Source of the DNA: a virus | Lineage: Duplodnaviria > Heunggongvirae > Uroviricota > Caudoviricetes | DNA: 64,000 nt | Virus record (IMG/VR): IMGVR_UViG_3300001199_000001 | Span: 133,404 to 197,403 of that record | Strand: one strand, 5' to 3' | Shown here: positions 48,170 to 57,197 of the stretch, one piece after another | Position numbering within the stretch: position 1 is the first letter of the stretch | Layout of the letters: each line of letters begins with the position of its first letter | Made by a program: the position numbers and the translations under genes | The notes under the pieces: generated by a model | The model's database searches: none | The model's input: only the letters and a program-made list of their open reading frames with translations | Told to the model about the DNA's origin: nothing

Positions 48170-48197
48170 GAAAAAGGCCCCGAAAGGGGCCTTTTTT
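48170..48197. terminator. Bidirectional terminator
   Basis: AAAAAGGCCCC-GAAA-GGGGCCTTTTT. Confidence 0.9.
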
Positions 48198-48594
48198 ATT
48201 CGGGGAGTTTTAGTTTGAAGGCCGATTTCTCGATGCCCTCGACAACATCGTTCAAGTCCGGGCTGTCTGGCATGCCCTCATGGGCGAGGAGGTCAGCCAG
48301 AATGAGGATACGTTCGATGACCACCTGTTGTAGAGCGATGTTCAGCGTCGGCGGCATCGTCCGGGAGCCGTTCAGCCACCGGGTGATTTGGGCCTTGGAA
48401 AAGCCGATCTGCTTGGCGAAGTCTGCTTGCCAGTGAGTCCCGTAGAGAGTTTTGCCGACGCGCTTCAATAGGTCCGCCACCAGCGCCGAGTCTGGGGGGA
48501 TCGTGTCGCTAATGTCTCCTGAAACCGTGTCTCGCGAATGTCCATCGGCGGTGACGGCTTGGGCTTCTTGTTCTTTTTGCAGCGTAGTATCCAT
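48196..48594 (-). CDS. HTH protein
   Basis: LYGTHWQADFAKQIGFSKAQITRWLNG. Confidence 0.75.
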   Translation of the reverse strand: MDTTLQKEQEAQAVTADGHSRDTVSGDISDTIPPDSALVADLLKRVGKTLYGTHWQADFAKQIGFSKAQITRWLNGSRTMPPTLNIALQQVVIERILILADLLAHEGMPDSPDLNDVVEGIEKSAFKLKLPE

Positions 48595-48627
48595 GACATG
48601 AGTTCCCCGTAACCTTGCGGTTAGGCA

Positions 48628-49218
48628 CTAGCTCCCGTTTTTAAGGAGAGCGGCGAATTTGAAGATATCCTGTGGTTGGTCCTGATTACGAGCGCGCCAA
48701 GCCGTAGAATTACGACCTACTTGCACCATTGAACCGGGACCGAGATATTCAGCCATCTTCAACAATTCATCGCCTACGGTCGTTGGGAAGTAGAAAGCCC
48801 GCGTGCCGCGCCAACCGACGTGCTGGACGACAGAACGGATAATCCCATTTTTCCGCAGTGATGTAACGATGTTCTGTAGCGTATTTTGCCTTTGACCGGT
48901 CATTTCCATCAAGTCAGTGATGGTCACGCCGGGGTTTGGCTCGGCATTTGTTCTCTTAGAGAGCCAAATGCGCCAGATGGCTTTATAAGTATCGAAGTGA
49001 GGGAAGGAAATCTTCGCGACCCCGCGAGGCGTCCGGACAAGAATGAAGTCCTGTCTATGACGCGTCCCGGCGGCGCGCATCTTTTCCATGCGTCCACCCG
49101 GATCAGCCTTGGCGACTTTTGAGGTATCGTCCCGAGGCGGACGGCGACGCGCAGGATGGGTCTCTACGACCTCTGCGGCGTTATCTTCCAACTCATGGGC
49201 CGAAATCTTGGTGGTCAA
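48628..49218 (-). CDS. Winged-HTH DNA-binding protein
   Basis: TITDLMEMTGQRQNTLQNIVTSLRKNGII..YFPTTVG. Confidence 0.65.
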   Translation of the reverse strand: MTTKISAHELEDNAAEVVETHPARRRPPRDDTSKVAKADPGGRMEKMRAAGTRHRQDFILVRTPRGVAKISFPHFDTYKAIWRIWLSKRTNAEPNPGVTITDLMEMTGQRQNTLQNIVTSLRKNGIIRSVVQHVGWRGTRAFYFPTTVGDELLKMAEYLGPGSMVQVGRNSTAWRARNQDQPQDIFKFAALLKNGS

Positions 49219-49357
49219 GGCTTTCTCCGCTGTGTCTCGGTCACATAAACCATTTCGCTCTGCCTGTCAACACTTTAGCACCGTAAACAATTGTTGACGG
49301 CTGGATTTCGTGTGGCATTGTGAGGACATCGTCCACTTAAAGTGACTCATAATCCCG

Positions 49358-49738
49358 ATGTACAAGACTAGCGCCAAGACGATCCATCAAGCTCGCAAGC
49401 AATTCAACCGCCTCAAGACCGACGGCCAAGAGCGCACCCGCTTGCGCGATGTTATGGAATCCGGGAAACGCCGGTTCGGCCGTAAGATGGGGCGCACCAA
49501 GACTCCTGAGCAGGAATATCAAGCCCTGATCAAGGAAGGCATCGTGCGCGTCACCCGTCGTCGTGGCCATTACCCGCTGATCGAGGTGAAGTGGAACGAC
49601 GGTTGGGTCGAGCTATCGACCTTCAACCTGACCGATGAACAGGCTGAAGAAGTCGAAGCCCGTATCGCCGCCGCTCGCGAAAAGACTGAAGCTGCAAGCG
49701 AGCCTAGCGATCAGACGGTGACGGCGTCCGCCACCTGA
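49358..49738 (+). CDS. Hypothetical basic protein
   Basis: 126-aa ORF with its own TTGACG upstream element. Confidence 0.65.
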   Translation: MYKTSAKTIHQARKQFNRLKTDGQERTRLRDVMESGKRRFGRKMGRTKTPEQEYQALIKEGIVRVTRRRGHYPLIEVKWNDGWVELSTFNLTDEQAEEVEARIAAAREKTEAASEPSDQTVTASAT

Positions 49739-49743
49739 GTCCT

Positions 49744-51444
49744 TTATCGCCAAGAATTAACAATAGGGTAGCGACGGTCACGTCCATGGATTTTGGACGT
49801 GATCTTCACTCCCGGCGCCGCCTGCCTGCGCTTATATTCCGCCCGGTCAATCAAATGACGGACGCGGTTGACGACTTCTTCGGCATAGCCACGCAAGGCG
49901 ATGATCTCAGCGCGGGACATCTCACCCTCGATCATCAGCATCAGAATGTCGTCGAGCACCGCGTAAGGCGGTAAGCTGTCCTCGTCCTTCTGGTCGGGGC
50001 GAAGTTCTGCCGATGGTGGCTTGGCGATGATCTCTTCCGGAACGACCTGCGCTTCGGGACCGAGAAACCCGTAATCCCTGATCTCACCGATATAGAGTTC
50101 ATTACGCCAGCGGCACATTGCCCAGACCATGGTCTTGTAGCAGTCCTTGATCGGATTGAAGCCGCCAGACATGTCGCCGTAAAGGGTGGAATAGCCGACA
50201 CTCACTTCCGACTTGTTGCCAGTGGTCAGAAGGAGATGACCTTCCTGATTGGAGATCGCCATCAGGATGTTACCCCGCGCTCGGGCCTGGATGTTTTCAT
50301 CTGCAACGCCCTTCAAGTCTTGACGGGTATGCTCCCCGGTAGCGTCGTCCACAGCATAGTAATAGGCGTCACGTAGGGCATCCACGACGCCTTCAATGCC
50401 GATGGTGCGCATCGGCGCGCCTAGCCTCTTTGACCCCGCTTCAGCGTCGTCCAGGGAGCCTTGGCTGCTATACTTCGACGGCAGGCGGACAAGATGAACG
50501 TTCTGAGGTCCGATAGCATCCGCCGCCAATGCCGCGACAAGCCCGGAATCGACTCCGCCTGAATAACCAAGCACGACAGATTGGAAACCCTGCTTGCGCA
50601 TATAATCTCGTAGGCCGAGCACGCAGGCTTGGTAGACCTCGCCAATTTCCTCAGCGTCGTCGACATAGCCTTCCGCCATGGTGACCGGGTCACGCGTATT
50701 GGTCAGGTCGGTTTCAAAATATCCAACCCCCTCGACAAACCGAGGCGCGAACTGGGTGCCTTCCTTGCCGACAAGATACGAGCCGCCGTCAAAGACAAGT
50801 TCGTCCTGACCGCCGAGCATATTGACATAGAGGAAGGGTAAGCCCGTCTCGGTGACACGAGCGCGGATAACGTCTTGCCGCTTCAACGTCTTGCCAGCCT
50901 CGAAAGGCGATCCATTGATGGCGATGAGGAAGGCGGCCCCCGTGTCGCGCAGATTCTCCGATACCGTCGGAAACCATGCGTCTTCGCAGATCATCAACCC
51001 AAGCCGATACCCACGCCACTCGAATGAATTATTACCATGCTCGGAACGGCTGAAGACGCGTTTTTCGTCGAACACGCCGTAGTTCGGTAGCTCAGACTTA
51101 ACCACCACGATATTTTTGCCGGTGGTCGGGTCGACCAGAATGGCGGCGTTGTTGATACAGCCCGACAGGTCCGATAGCGGAGAGCCGAAGATCAAGGCCG
51201 CCTTTCGCCCAGAAGCCTTCACCGCTCTGACGAGTTCACTGACCTTGGCGTTAACCGCTTCGATGAAGCTCGCCCGAAGGACGAGGTCTTCCAGCGGATA
51301 GCCAGTCAGGACACATTCAGGCATGACGACGAGGTCAGCGCCTTGGTCGTCGGCGGTGAAGTAGCTCTTGAGGATAAGTTGATAGTTGCCATCCAAATCC
51401 CCAACGGTGGGGTTGGCGTGAACAACTGCGATCTTGATCTTCAT
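49744..51444 (-). CDS. nadE: Glutamine-dependent NAD+ synthetase
   Basis: Nitrilase domain (PE, K..LPNYGVFDEKR, ICED) plus GYSGGVDS, ENIQARARG, TGNKSE, GYSTLYGD and PPSAEL; start MKIKIAVV. Confidence 0.96.
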   Translation of the reverse strand: MKIKIAVVHANPTVGDLDGNYQLILKSYFTADDQGADLVVMPECVLTGYPLEDLVLRASFIEAVNAKVSELVRAVKASGRKAALIFGSPLSDLSGCINNAAILVDPTTGKNIVVVKSELPNYGVFDEKRVFSRSEHGNNSFEWRGYRLGLMICEDAWFPTVSENLRDTGAAFLIAINGSPFEAGKTLKRQDVIRARVTETGLPFLYVNMLGGQDELVFDGGSYLVGKEGTQFAPRFVEGVGYFETDLTNTRDPVTMAEGYVDDAEEIGEVYQACVLGLRDYMRKQGFQSVVLGYSGGVDSGLVAALAADAIGPQNVHLVRLPSKYSSQGSLDDAEAGSKRLGAPMRTIGIEGVVDALRDAYYYAVDDATGEHTRQDLKGVADENIQARARGNILMAISNQEGHLLLTTGNKSEVSVGYSTLYGDMSGGFNPIKDCYKTMVWAMCRWRNELYIGEIRDYGFLGPEAQVVPEEIIAKPPSAELRPDQKDEDSLPPYAVLDDILMLMIEGEMSRAEIIALRGYAEEVVNRVRHLIDRAEYKRRQAAPGVKITSKIHGRDRRYPIVNSWR

Positions 51445-51449
51445 CTCGT

Positions 51450-52082
51450 TTATCCGTTCAGGACGGCTTCGGCGTTGATCCGGTTGACGCCGCGCCGCTG
51501 GAAGTTCTGGTTGGCGACTTCGGTTGTGTTCGCAGCGATGGCGCGGGTCGCGTCTTCGATAACGAAGGTGTCGAACCGCAGACCGATGGCGTCGAGCGCC
51601 GTGAAGGCCACGCAATAGTCATAGGCTAGGCCAACGCAGAATACGCGATGGTAGCCCTTCTCGCGTAAGATTTTGTCGAGGCCGGTACCGACCTTCTTGT
51701 CATTGTCTTGGAACGCCGAATAGCTGTCGACCTTGGGGTCCATGCCTTTGCGGATGATGGCGAAGGCTGGATTGGTATTCAGCCCCTTGACGAACTCAGC
51801 GCCTTTCGTGCCCTGGACGCAGTGATCTGGCCAATAGGTGTCGCCGGTCTCCGAATTCTGCGCGAACGCCTCAACGCCTGCTGTGGAAGCGAAAGATGTG
51901 TGGCCCTTCGGGTGCCAGTCTTGGGTCAGCACGACGCCCGCGCCCGCAGCGGCGAAGTGATCGCTCAGTTTGTTGATGATCGGCACGATTTGATCGCCGT
52001 CTTCGACAGCAAGGGCGCCGCCGGGGATGAAATCGTTCTGAACATCGATGATGAGCAAAACGTCGGTTTTGAGAATTTCCAT
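51450..52082 (-). CDS. pncA: Nicotinamidase
   Basis: IDVQNDF..GGAL, QDWHP, WPDHCVQ, RKG..DSYSAF and GLAYDYCV. Confidence 0.96.
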   Translation of the reverse strand: MEILKTDVLLIIDVQNDFIPGGALAVEDGDQIVPIINKLSDHFAAAGAGVVLTQDWHPKGHTSFASTAGVEAFAQNSETGDTYWPDHCVQGTKGAEFVKGLNTNPAFAIIRKGMDPKVDSYSAFQDNDKKVGTGLDKILREKGYHRVFCVGLAYDYCVAFTALDAIGLRFDTFVIEDATRAIAANTTEVANQNFQRRGVNRINAEAVLNG

Positions 52083-52260
52083 GAGGTGTGGTCCTTAGAA
52101 TTTACGAAGAAGAGTATCGAGACGGGAGTTCTTGGCGGCGGTTGAGATCACCGCCTTCATGTTACCTTTCGATCCGCTAGAGAGGCGCTTGCCGGGCGTG
52201 TCCTTCTCCTGTGCAGGTGGATCGACGGGAGTCTTTTTTGTCATGCTGATCTTTCTCTTG

Positions 52261-53643
52261 TTAGACGACAACCGGAGCATCTTTGACGCCTTCGACGCCA
52301 AATACACGACGATAGCGTTCGATCTCTTCAGTCGGGCCGGTGGCCTTCGTGAAGTTGTCCGACAGTTTGACAGCCGGGCGCCCGTCAGCATCCTTGACCT
52401 TGCAGACGATGCTGATCGGCTTCATGTTGTCAGGGTCAACCGGATCACAGCCGATGAAATCGTTCGTCAGCATGGTCCCCCAGCCGTAGCCGTCACGGAT
52501 TCGGCCATGGAAGTAGTTGTATAGCTCGACGATATCGACGCCCTGCGGCTCGAACCCATCGATCTTTACGTCAAGGCCATCGCTGAAGAGAACAAGCTTG
52601 TCGGTCGGAGCGATGCTCTTGCTCAGCCACCAATCGATGATCTCATCCCCGGCGACAAACGGGTCTTTTGAATCCGGGCGGTGTCCCGTCCAATAGGTCA
52701 GAAATTCCGGCGCGTTCTTCAGAAACTGGGTGGTTCCAAAGGTGTCGGGCAGGCATACCAGCAGGTTGCCGCGATAGTCGTCCTGCCAGAGCTTCAGCAC
52801 CTTATACTGTGCCTGCGCAAGGTCGTGATCTCCCTGCGCCAGCGCGGCGACGGCCATCGGTAATTCGTGAGCGTTGGTTCCCTTGGCGTCGAGGCCGTGC
52901 CTATAGGCAAGGTAGGCGTTCGACGTGCCGGTAAACCGCTTGCCGAGCACTTCCTTCATCATCAGCACGCAGAATTCCTGCCACAGGAAGGAGTGGCGGC
53001 GGCGTGTGCCGAAATCCGTGATGCTCAGTTCCGGAAGGGTGGCGAGCCGTTGGAGTTTCTTGAACAGTTTGACCTTGGCCTGAGCATACATGATGTCAAG
53101 ACGCCACTTCGGCATCGTCGCCAACTTCTTGCGATAACGAAGCTCGTTGACGATGCACATGGCGAAGGTTTCCCAGAGGGTCGTCTCCAGCCAGGGACCG
53201 TGGAAGGTCAACACAATCTGACCCGTCGTCTCGTGGATCGGATGGCCGAAACCGTCGTCCTCGACCAGAACTTCATCACTGAACTCATGTTCAAGACGAT
53301 AATCACTCAGTTTGAACGAATGCCGCAGGTAATCCATGTAGCCCGGCGCGAAGATTCCGTCCTGCCCGTAGAACTTGTTGCCCTCCAACCAGATCAGGAA
53401 GCTTTCTTCCCACTCCAGGGTCTTGACGTGGTCAAGCTGGCGTCGCAGTTCGTCGATATCGATATCGTCCGCAAGCCGCACAGACTTGGTGCGGTTCTTG
53501 AGGCCGAAGGTCGCGGTCGTGCCGTAGAAATTTCGCCAGATGAACTGGTGCATCAGCAGTTTGTAGAAATCGAGATCGCCGAGGTGGCGAATGATCGGAT
53601 CGAACGGAAAACCGTGATCGTAGGCGCGTTTTGCGAAGTCCAT
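52261..53643 (-). CDS. pncB: Nicotinate phosphoribosyltransferase
   Basis: DLDFYKLLM, DFGTRRR, GTSN, GTNAHE, PDTFG, RPDS, SDGL and VKLSDN. Confidence 0.95.
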   Translation of the reverse strand: MDFAKRAYDHGFPFDPIIRHLGDLDFYKLLMHQFIWRNFYGTTATFGLKNRTKSVRLADDIDIDELRRQLDHVKTLEWEESFLIWLEGNKFYGQDGIFAPGYMDYLRHSFKLSDYRLEHEFSDEVLVEDDGFGHPIHETTGQIVLTFHGPWLETTLWETFAMCIVNELRYRKKLATMPKWRLDIMYAQAKVKLFKKLQRLATLPELSITDFGTRRRHSFLWQEFCVLMMKEVLGKRFTGTSNAYLAYRHGLDAKGTNAHELPMAVAALAQGDHDLAQAQYKVLKLWQDDYRGNLLVCLPDTFGTTQFLKNAPEFLTYWTGHRPDSKDPFVAGDEIIDWWLSKSIAPTDKLVLFSDGLDVKIDGFEPQGVDIVELYNYFHGRIRDGYGWGTMLTNDFIGCDPVDPDNMKPISIVCKVKDADGRPAVKLSDNFTKATGPTEEIERYRRVFGVEGVKDAPVVV

Positions 53644-53644
53644 C

Positions 53645-54769
53645 TTAATTGCCCCCGTCGAGATGACGCAGCATTTTGTGGATGATCTTATAGTGATCTT
53701 CCATCATCTGAGACCGCTGCACGTCAGCCAGTGGGACCCATACGGCGCGCTTTGCGTCCGAGCCCGCCTTGATCTTCGGCAACGCCGTCATTTCACGCAC
53801 GCGCTTCTGAAATTGAGCCGTGGTCTCTCCGACCCGTTGCGGCGGGACTTCCGGCTGAAGGTGGAAAAGAAAGGCGGTGGTGATCGTCCGCTTCCGGGTT
53901 GAGCGCATCGGGTGATCGAAGACCTCTTGATGCTTCAGCGCCTTTTTAAGGATCGGCTCCGGCACGGCGATTCGCGTTTCTTCCATCAATTCCTTAATGA
54001 CGGTCTGATAGAAGGTGTCGTTCTTTTCGACGTGACCGCCCGGCAGCGCCCAGAGGCCCTTACATGGATAATCCCTCCGCTGAACCAGCAGGACATGGCC
54101 CGCTTGGATAACGACGGCGTCTGAGGTGACGAAATTTGGTGGATATTGTGCGGTATTCGTCTTCAGGTATTTGAGCATGAATTCCCGCTCGGCGCGTAGC
54201 TCGGCGAACGCGTCTGTATCCTGAAACTTCAAAAGAAAATCCTGTACCGCAACCGGGACTTGTTGGCTGATGGGCGTGCCAATCCAGCCGACGGTCGAGC
54301 GCCGTACGTCCCTCGCCAGAACGATTTCACGGATCGCGGTGGCGTCTAACTGTTCGTGATTGGGGACTTCAATCGTGTCCCACTGGGGGAACATCTTGAT
54401 GTAATAGGAGGACTGGTCCTTGGAGTGACCGACGAGGCTTATCCAAGCATTTTCAGGAAGGTCGAAGTGGTCGAGCGCCCCTTCCGCACATTGCTGGATT
54501 GAAACGGTCCAGTCGTCATCGCTGTAGTTTGAATCCGGTTGAGCGGCGAAATCCACCCGCCCTCGTTCTTCTGCCGTTAGGCTGTCTTGGATCATACGCA
54601 TCCGTTCAACATCGGTGAACGGAAGCACGTCCCAGCGGCGGGGCTGGTCGGCGGAGCCTATAACGATGAGGAGGTAGCGGCACTGCGCCAAGGCGGCTCT
54701 GATGACCGCAAGATGACCGTTATGAAACGGTTGGAAGCGTCCAATGAAGACGCCGAGATCGTAATGCAC
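53645..54769 (-). CDS. nadM: Bifunctional NMN/NaMN adenylyltransferase-Nudix ADP-ribose pyrophosphatase
   Basis: GRFQPFHNGH, GH.KD.SSYY, DATAIRE; Nudix box ALPGGHVE..KELMEET; MEDH. Confidence 0.95.
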   Translation of the reverse strand: MHYDLGVFIGRFQPFHNGHLAVIRAALAQCRYLLIVIGSADQPRRWDVLPFTDVERMRMIQDSLTAEERGRVDFAAQPDSNYSDDDWTVSIQQCAEGALDHFDLPENAWISLVGHSKDQSSYYIKMFPQWDTIEVPNHEQLDATAIREIVLARDVRRSTVGWIGTPISQQVPVAVQDFLLKFQDTDAFAELRAEREFMLKYLKTNTAQYPPNFVTSDAVVIQAGHVLLVQRRDYPCKGLWALPGGHVEKNDTFYQTVIKELMEETRIAVPEPILKKALKHQEVFDHPMRSTRKRTITTAFLFHLQPEVPPQRVGETTAQFQKRVREMTALPKIKAGSDAKRAVWVPLADVQRSQMMEDHYKIIHKMLRHLDGGN

Positions 54770-54828
54770 CGGTAGCTCCTACTCGGTTATGGTCGGTCGG
54801 CGAGTCTATCTCTATGACCGTTGACAAA

Positions 54829-54857
54829 AGCTTATGCTACGAAAAAGCATAAGTCAA
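54829..54857 (-). promoter_or_regulatory. Promoter of the NAD operon with an NrtR-box-like palindrome between -35 and -10
   Basis: Minus strand TTGACT-17-TAAGCT; 21-bp palindrome TTATGCT-N7-AGCATAA at 54832-54852. Confidence 0.65.
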
Positions 54858-54865
54858 GTTAAAAA

Positions 54866-55279
54866 TCACCCGGCTTTGCGCCGTTTCCTCTGTGGCGGTT
54901 CCTCCGGTTTGACCTCGACATCGGTTTTCTTTCGCGCGCCTTTAACCGGATCGCCTGGATAGAGCCGCGCGGCTGCTAAAAAATCACGAAGTAAGAATGG
55001 CGGCGGCCTGCGTCCCCATTCAACTTCATCCATCTGTGACAGGACATCGCGAGGCGTGTTTTCCATCAGAAACGTCAGGTACGCGCGGTCGTCGTTGATC
55101 TCCATCATGGGCACGCGATTATCATCGATAGGCGGACCGAACTCGATGCCAGACGCTATATGATAGGTGCTGCCTTCATCGCTGAAAGCAAAGCTGCCGA
55201 TAACGACACAGTCGACCATCTTGGCGCGCTTGCCTCCGGTGAAGACGCGGATTTTCTGCGTGGGTTCCGCCTTCTTCAT
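54866..55279 (-). CDS. Hypothetical protein
   Basis: 137-aa ORF. Confidence 0.6.
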   Translation of the reverse strand: MKKAEPTQKIRVFTGGKRAKMVDCVVIGSFAFSDEGSTYHIASGIEFGPPIDDNRVPMMEINDDRAYLTFLMENTPRDVLSQMDEVEWGRRPPPFLLRDFLAAARLYPGDPVKGARKKTDVEVKPEEPPQRKRRKAG

Positions 55280-55476
55280 CAGGATTGACGCCGCGCGCGA
55301 TCCAGCGCAAGGAAGCGTTCAAGTTCTTTATCGGTGCAGTCCGGCAAGAATTTGAGGGCGGACTTTACGACCTCCTCGCCATATTCCATGACCAAGCGCC
55401 GTCTGGGCTCAGACAGATTGTCGTACCAATCGGTGAGAGCCTTGTCTGTCATGAGCGGACGTTACTGACAGGCGAG

Positions 55477-55887
55477 TTAGTTGTCAACTCTTTTCGACCT
55501 ACCGAATCGGCTGAAGCGCTTAAAGAGGCTGGTCGCTTTTTCCTTGCCGGTGAACGGGTCTAGCCCTGCTTTTCGCCAGTGATCGTGAAAATGGTCGATC
55601 TTCGCCTGCCGGTCAAAGGAGACGCCCTTACTGACCGCGAAAGCTTCGTCCAGAAGCAGTCCGGACATATCATCGGCATGCCAAAGTTTAAACCGTGTGA
55701 GGAAGTGATCATGCAGCGGCGTGCCAGCATGCCAAAGCTGCCACGCATTCCTCAGGGCCATGCCGCCAAAGTGGTGAACTAGGGTCGGTTCGAGGTCGTA
55801 CTTCGCCTCGACAAGCCGACCCAACGCCTCCTCGTAAGTCGCTGGGATCGGCTCGATTTTTACCGAGATTTCACTCTCCACCGGCAA
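55477..55887 (-). CDS. Hypothetical protein (DUF6794-like)
   Basis: HHFGGMALRNAWQLW..HADDMSGLLL. Confidence 0.65.
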   Translation of the reverse strand: MPVESEISVKIEPIPATYEEALGRLVEAKYDLEPTLVHHFGGMALRNAWQLWHAGTPLHDHFLTRFKLWHADDMSGLLLDEAFAVSKGVSFDRQAKIDHFHDHWRKAGLDPFTGKEKATSLFKRFSRFGRSKRVDN

Positions 55888-56126
55888 CTTCCTCGAACAA
55901 GGTCCCGAAGTCTCGCGCCGTGTAGGCCGACAGGGTGTCGTGCTCCAGTACGATGAAGCTGCCGATACGGCCTTGATGTGCCGCGCCCTCGGCCTGCGGA
56001 ACGATCAGCGTGCGGACCGCATCAATCGAAACAGGCTGTGAGCCGATGGGAGTATAGACGCTATAGTCCTGCACCCACTCGGGCCATTCACTACGCGCCT
56101 GTCCCTCGTAGCGGAAGACCTTGATT

Positions 56127-56567
56127 TCAGACGGTCTGCGGACATAGGTCATCGGCTTTAAGCTCCATGTATTTGTGGGATCGGGACACGTGACTTACGG
56201 ACTTAAAGCCGGTACCGAGCATAAATTGGTGGGGCATGGTCCAGATAGATTTACCAAGACACCCGCCGCCGTCCGTCTTGTTGTGCAGCCAGTATACCTC
56301 ACGGCCAAGCATTTTGGCGTAATCAATCTCACGAGTCGTCGATTCGCCGTAGTACTGATTAACATTCAGCACGAGGATTGCATCTGACTGAGCAATCTTC
56401 TCAAGATGAATGACATCCAGCCTTCGCTTCTCTTCGTCGTCAAATACGTCGCCTGAGTGTCCAAACCCCGCCACTGAATAGACGATGTGACCCGCCAAGG
56501 TCAGGATGATATTCCAGTCCTGAAAGGCTTCGCGAAATTTTGTCGAGCCACAAAGGGTGATTTTCAT
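56127..56567 (-). CDS. Nucleoside deoxyribosyltransferase/TIR-like fold protein
   Basis: KITLCGS..HLEKIAQSDAILVLN..YYGESTTREIDYA. Confidence 0.65.
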   Translation of the reverse strand: MKITLCGSTKFREAFQDWNIILTLAGHIVYSVAGFGHSGDVFDDEEKRRLDVIHLEKIAQSDAILVLNVNQYYGESTTREIDYAKMLGREVYWLHNKTDGGGCLGKSIWTMPHQFMLGTGFKSVSHVSRSHKYMELKADDLCPQTV

Positions 56568-57141
56568 CCAAACGCCCTCCAGACCCGCACGATCTCAGGC
56601 TCGAAATAAAGTGACGCGAGCACGCCGAGCGTGAAGGAGCAGCAACCAAGAATAAGAAAAGCGGGATTCGCCTTGAACGACGGTCTATTCACTGCGCAGC
56701 CCCGAAGGTGAGTTCATCAAGCTGACACTCTATGTCAGCTTGGCTTACACCGTCAAGAATTCGCTAGGAACTTTCGGAACGACAAAATGTCGCCCTCTAG
56801 CTGGGTCAGCATCGTGCGCGCCTGATCGATGGGACCGGCCGAGAGGATGCCTCGCAGTTGCTGGATTTCACGCGCAGTGGCGGCGGCGGCTTCGAGGTCG
56901 TCGATCATCTGCGCGATGAAGCCTTTACCCTCTTCTCTCGCCTGGGCGAGGAGCGCGAGAACGTATTGTGGGTTACGGCGTTGACGCGTTTCCTCGGTGC
57001 TGAAGGATTCGAGAGCGTTGTCGTTTTTATCAACGACCGTCAGGTGAGGTACGGACATCGGTTTCCCCATGAAATGTCAATATCCCCGACTCTAAGCGAG
57101 AGAATGACAACTGTCAACACATTTCGACCGGTGATAAAGTG

Positions 57142-57169
57142 TTGACAACAGGCGGAGGCTGATTATAAT
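57142..57169 (+). promoter_or_regulatory. Sigma70-type promoter
   Basis: TTGACA-16-TATAAT. Confidence 0.75.
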
Positions 57170-57197
57170 GAACCGAAGTCAGCGATAGGAAACTCTA

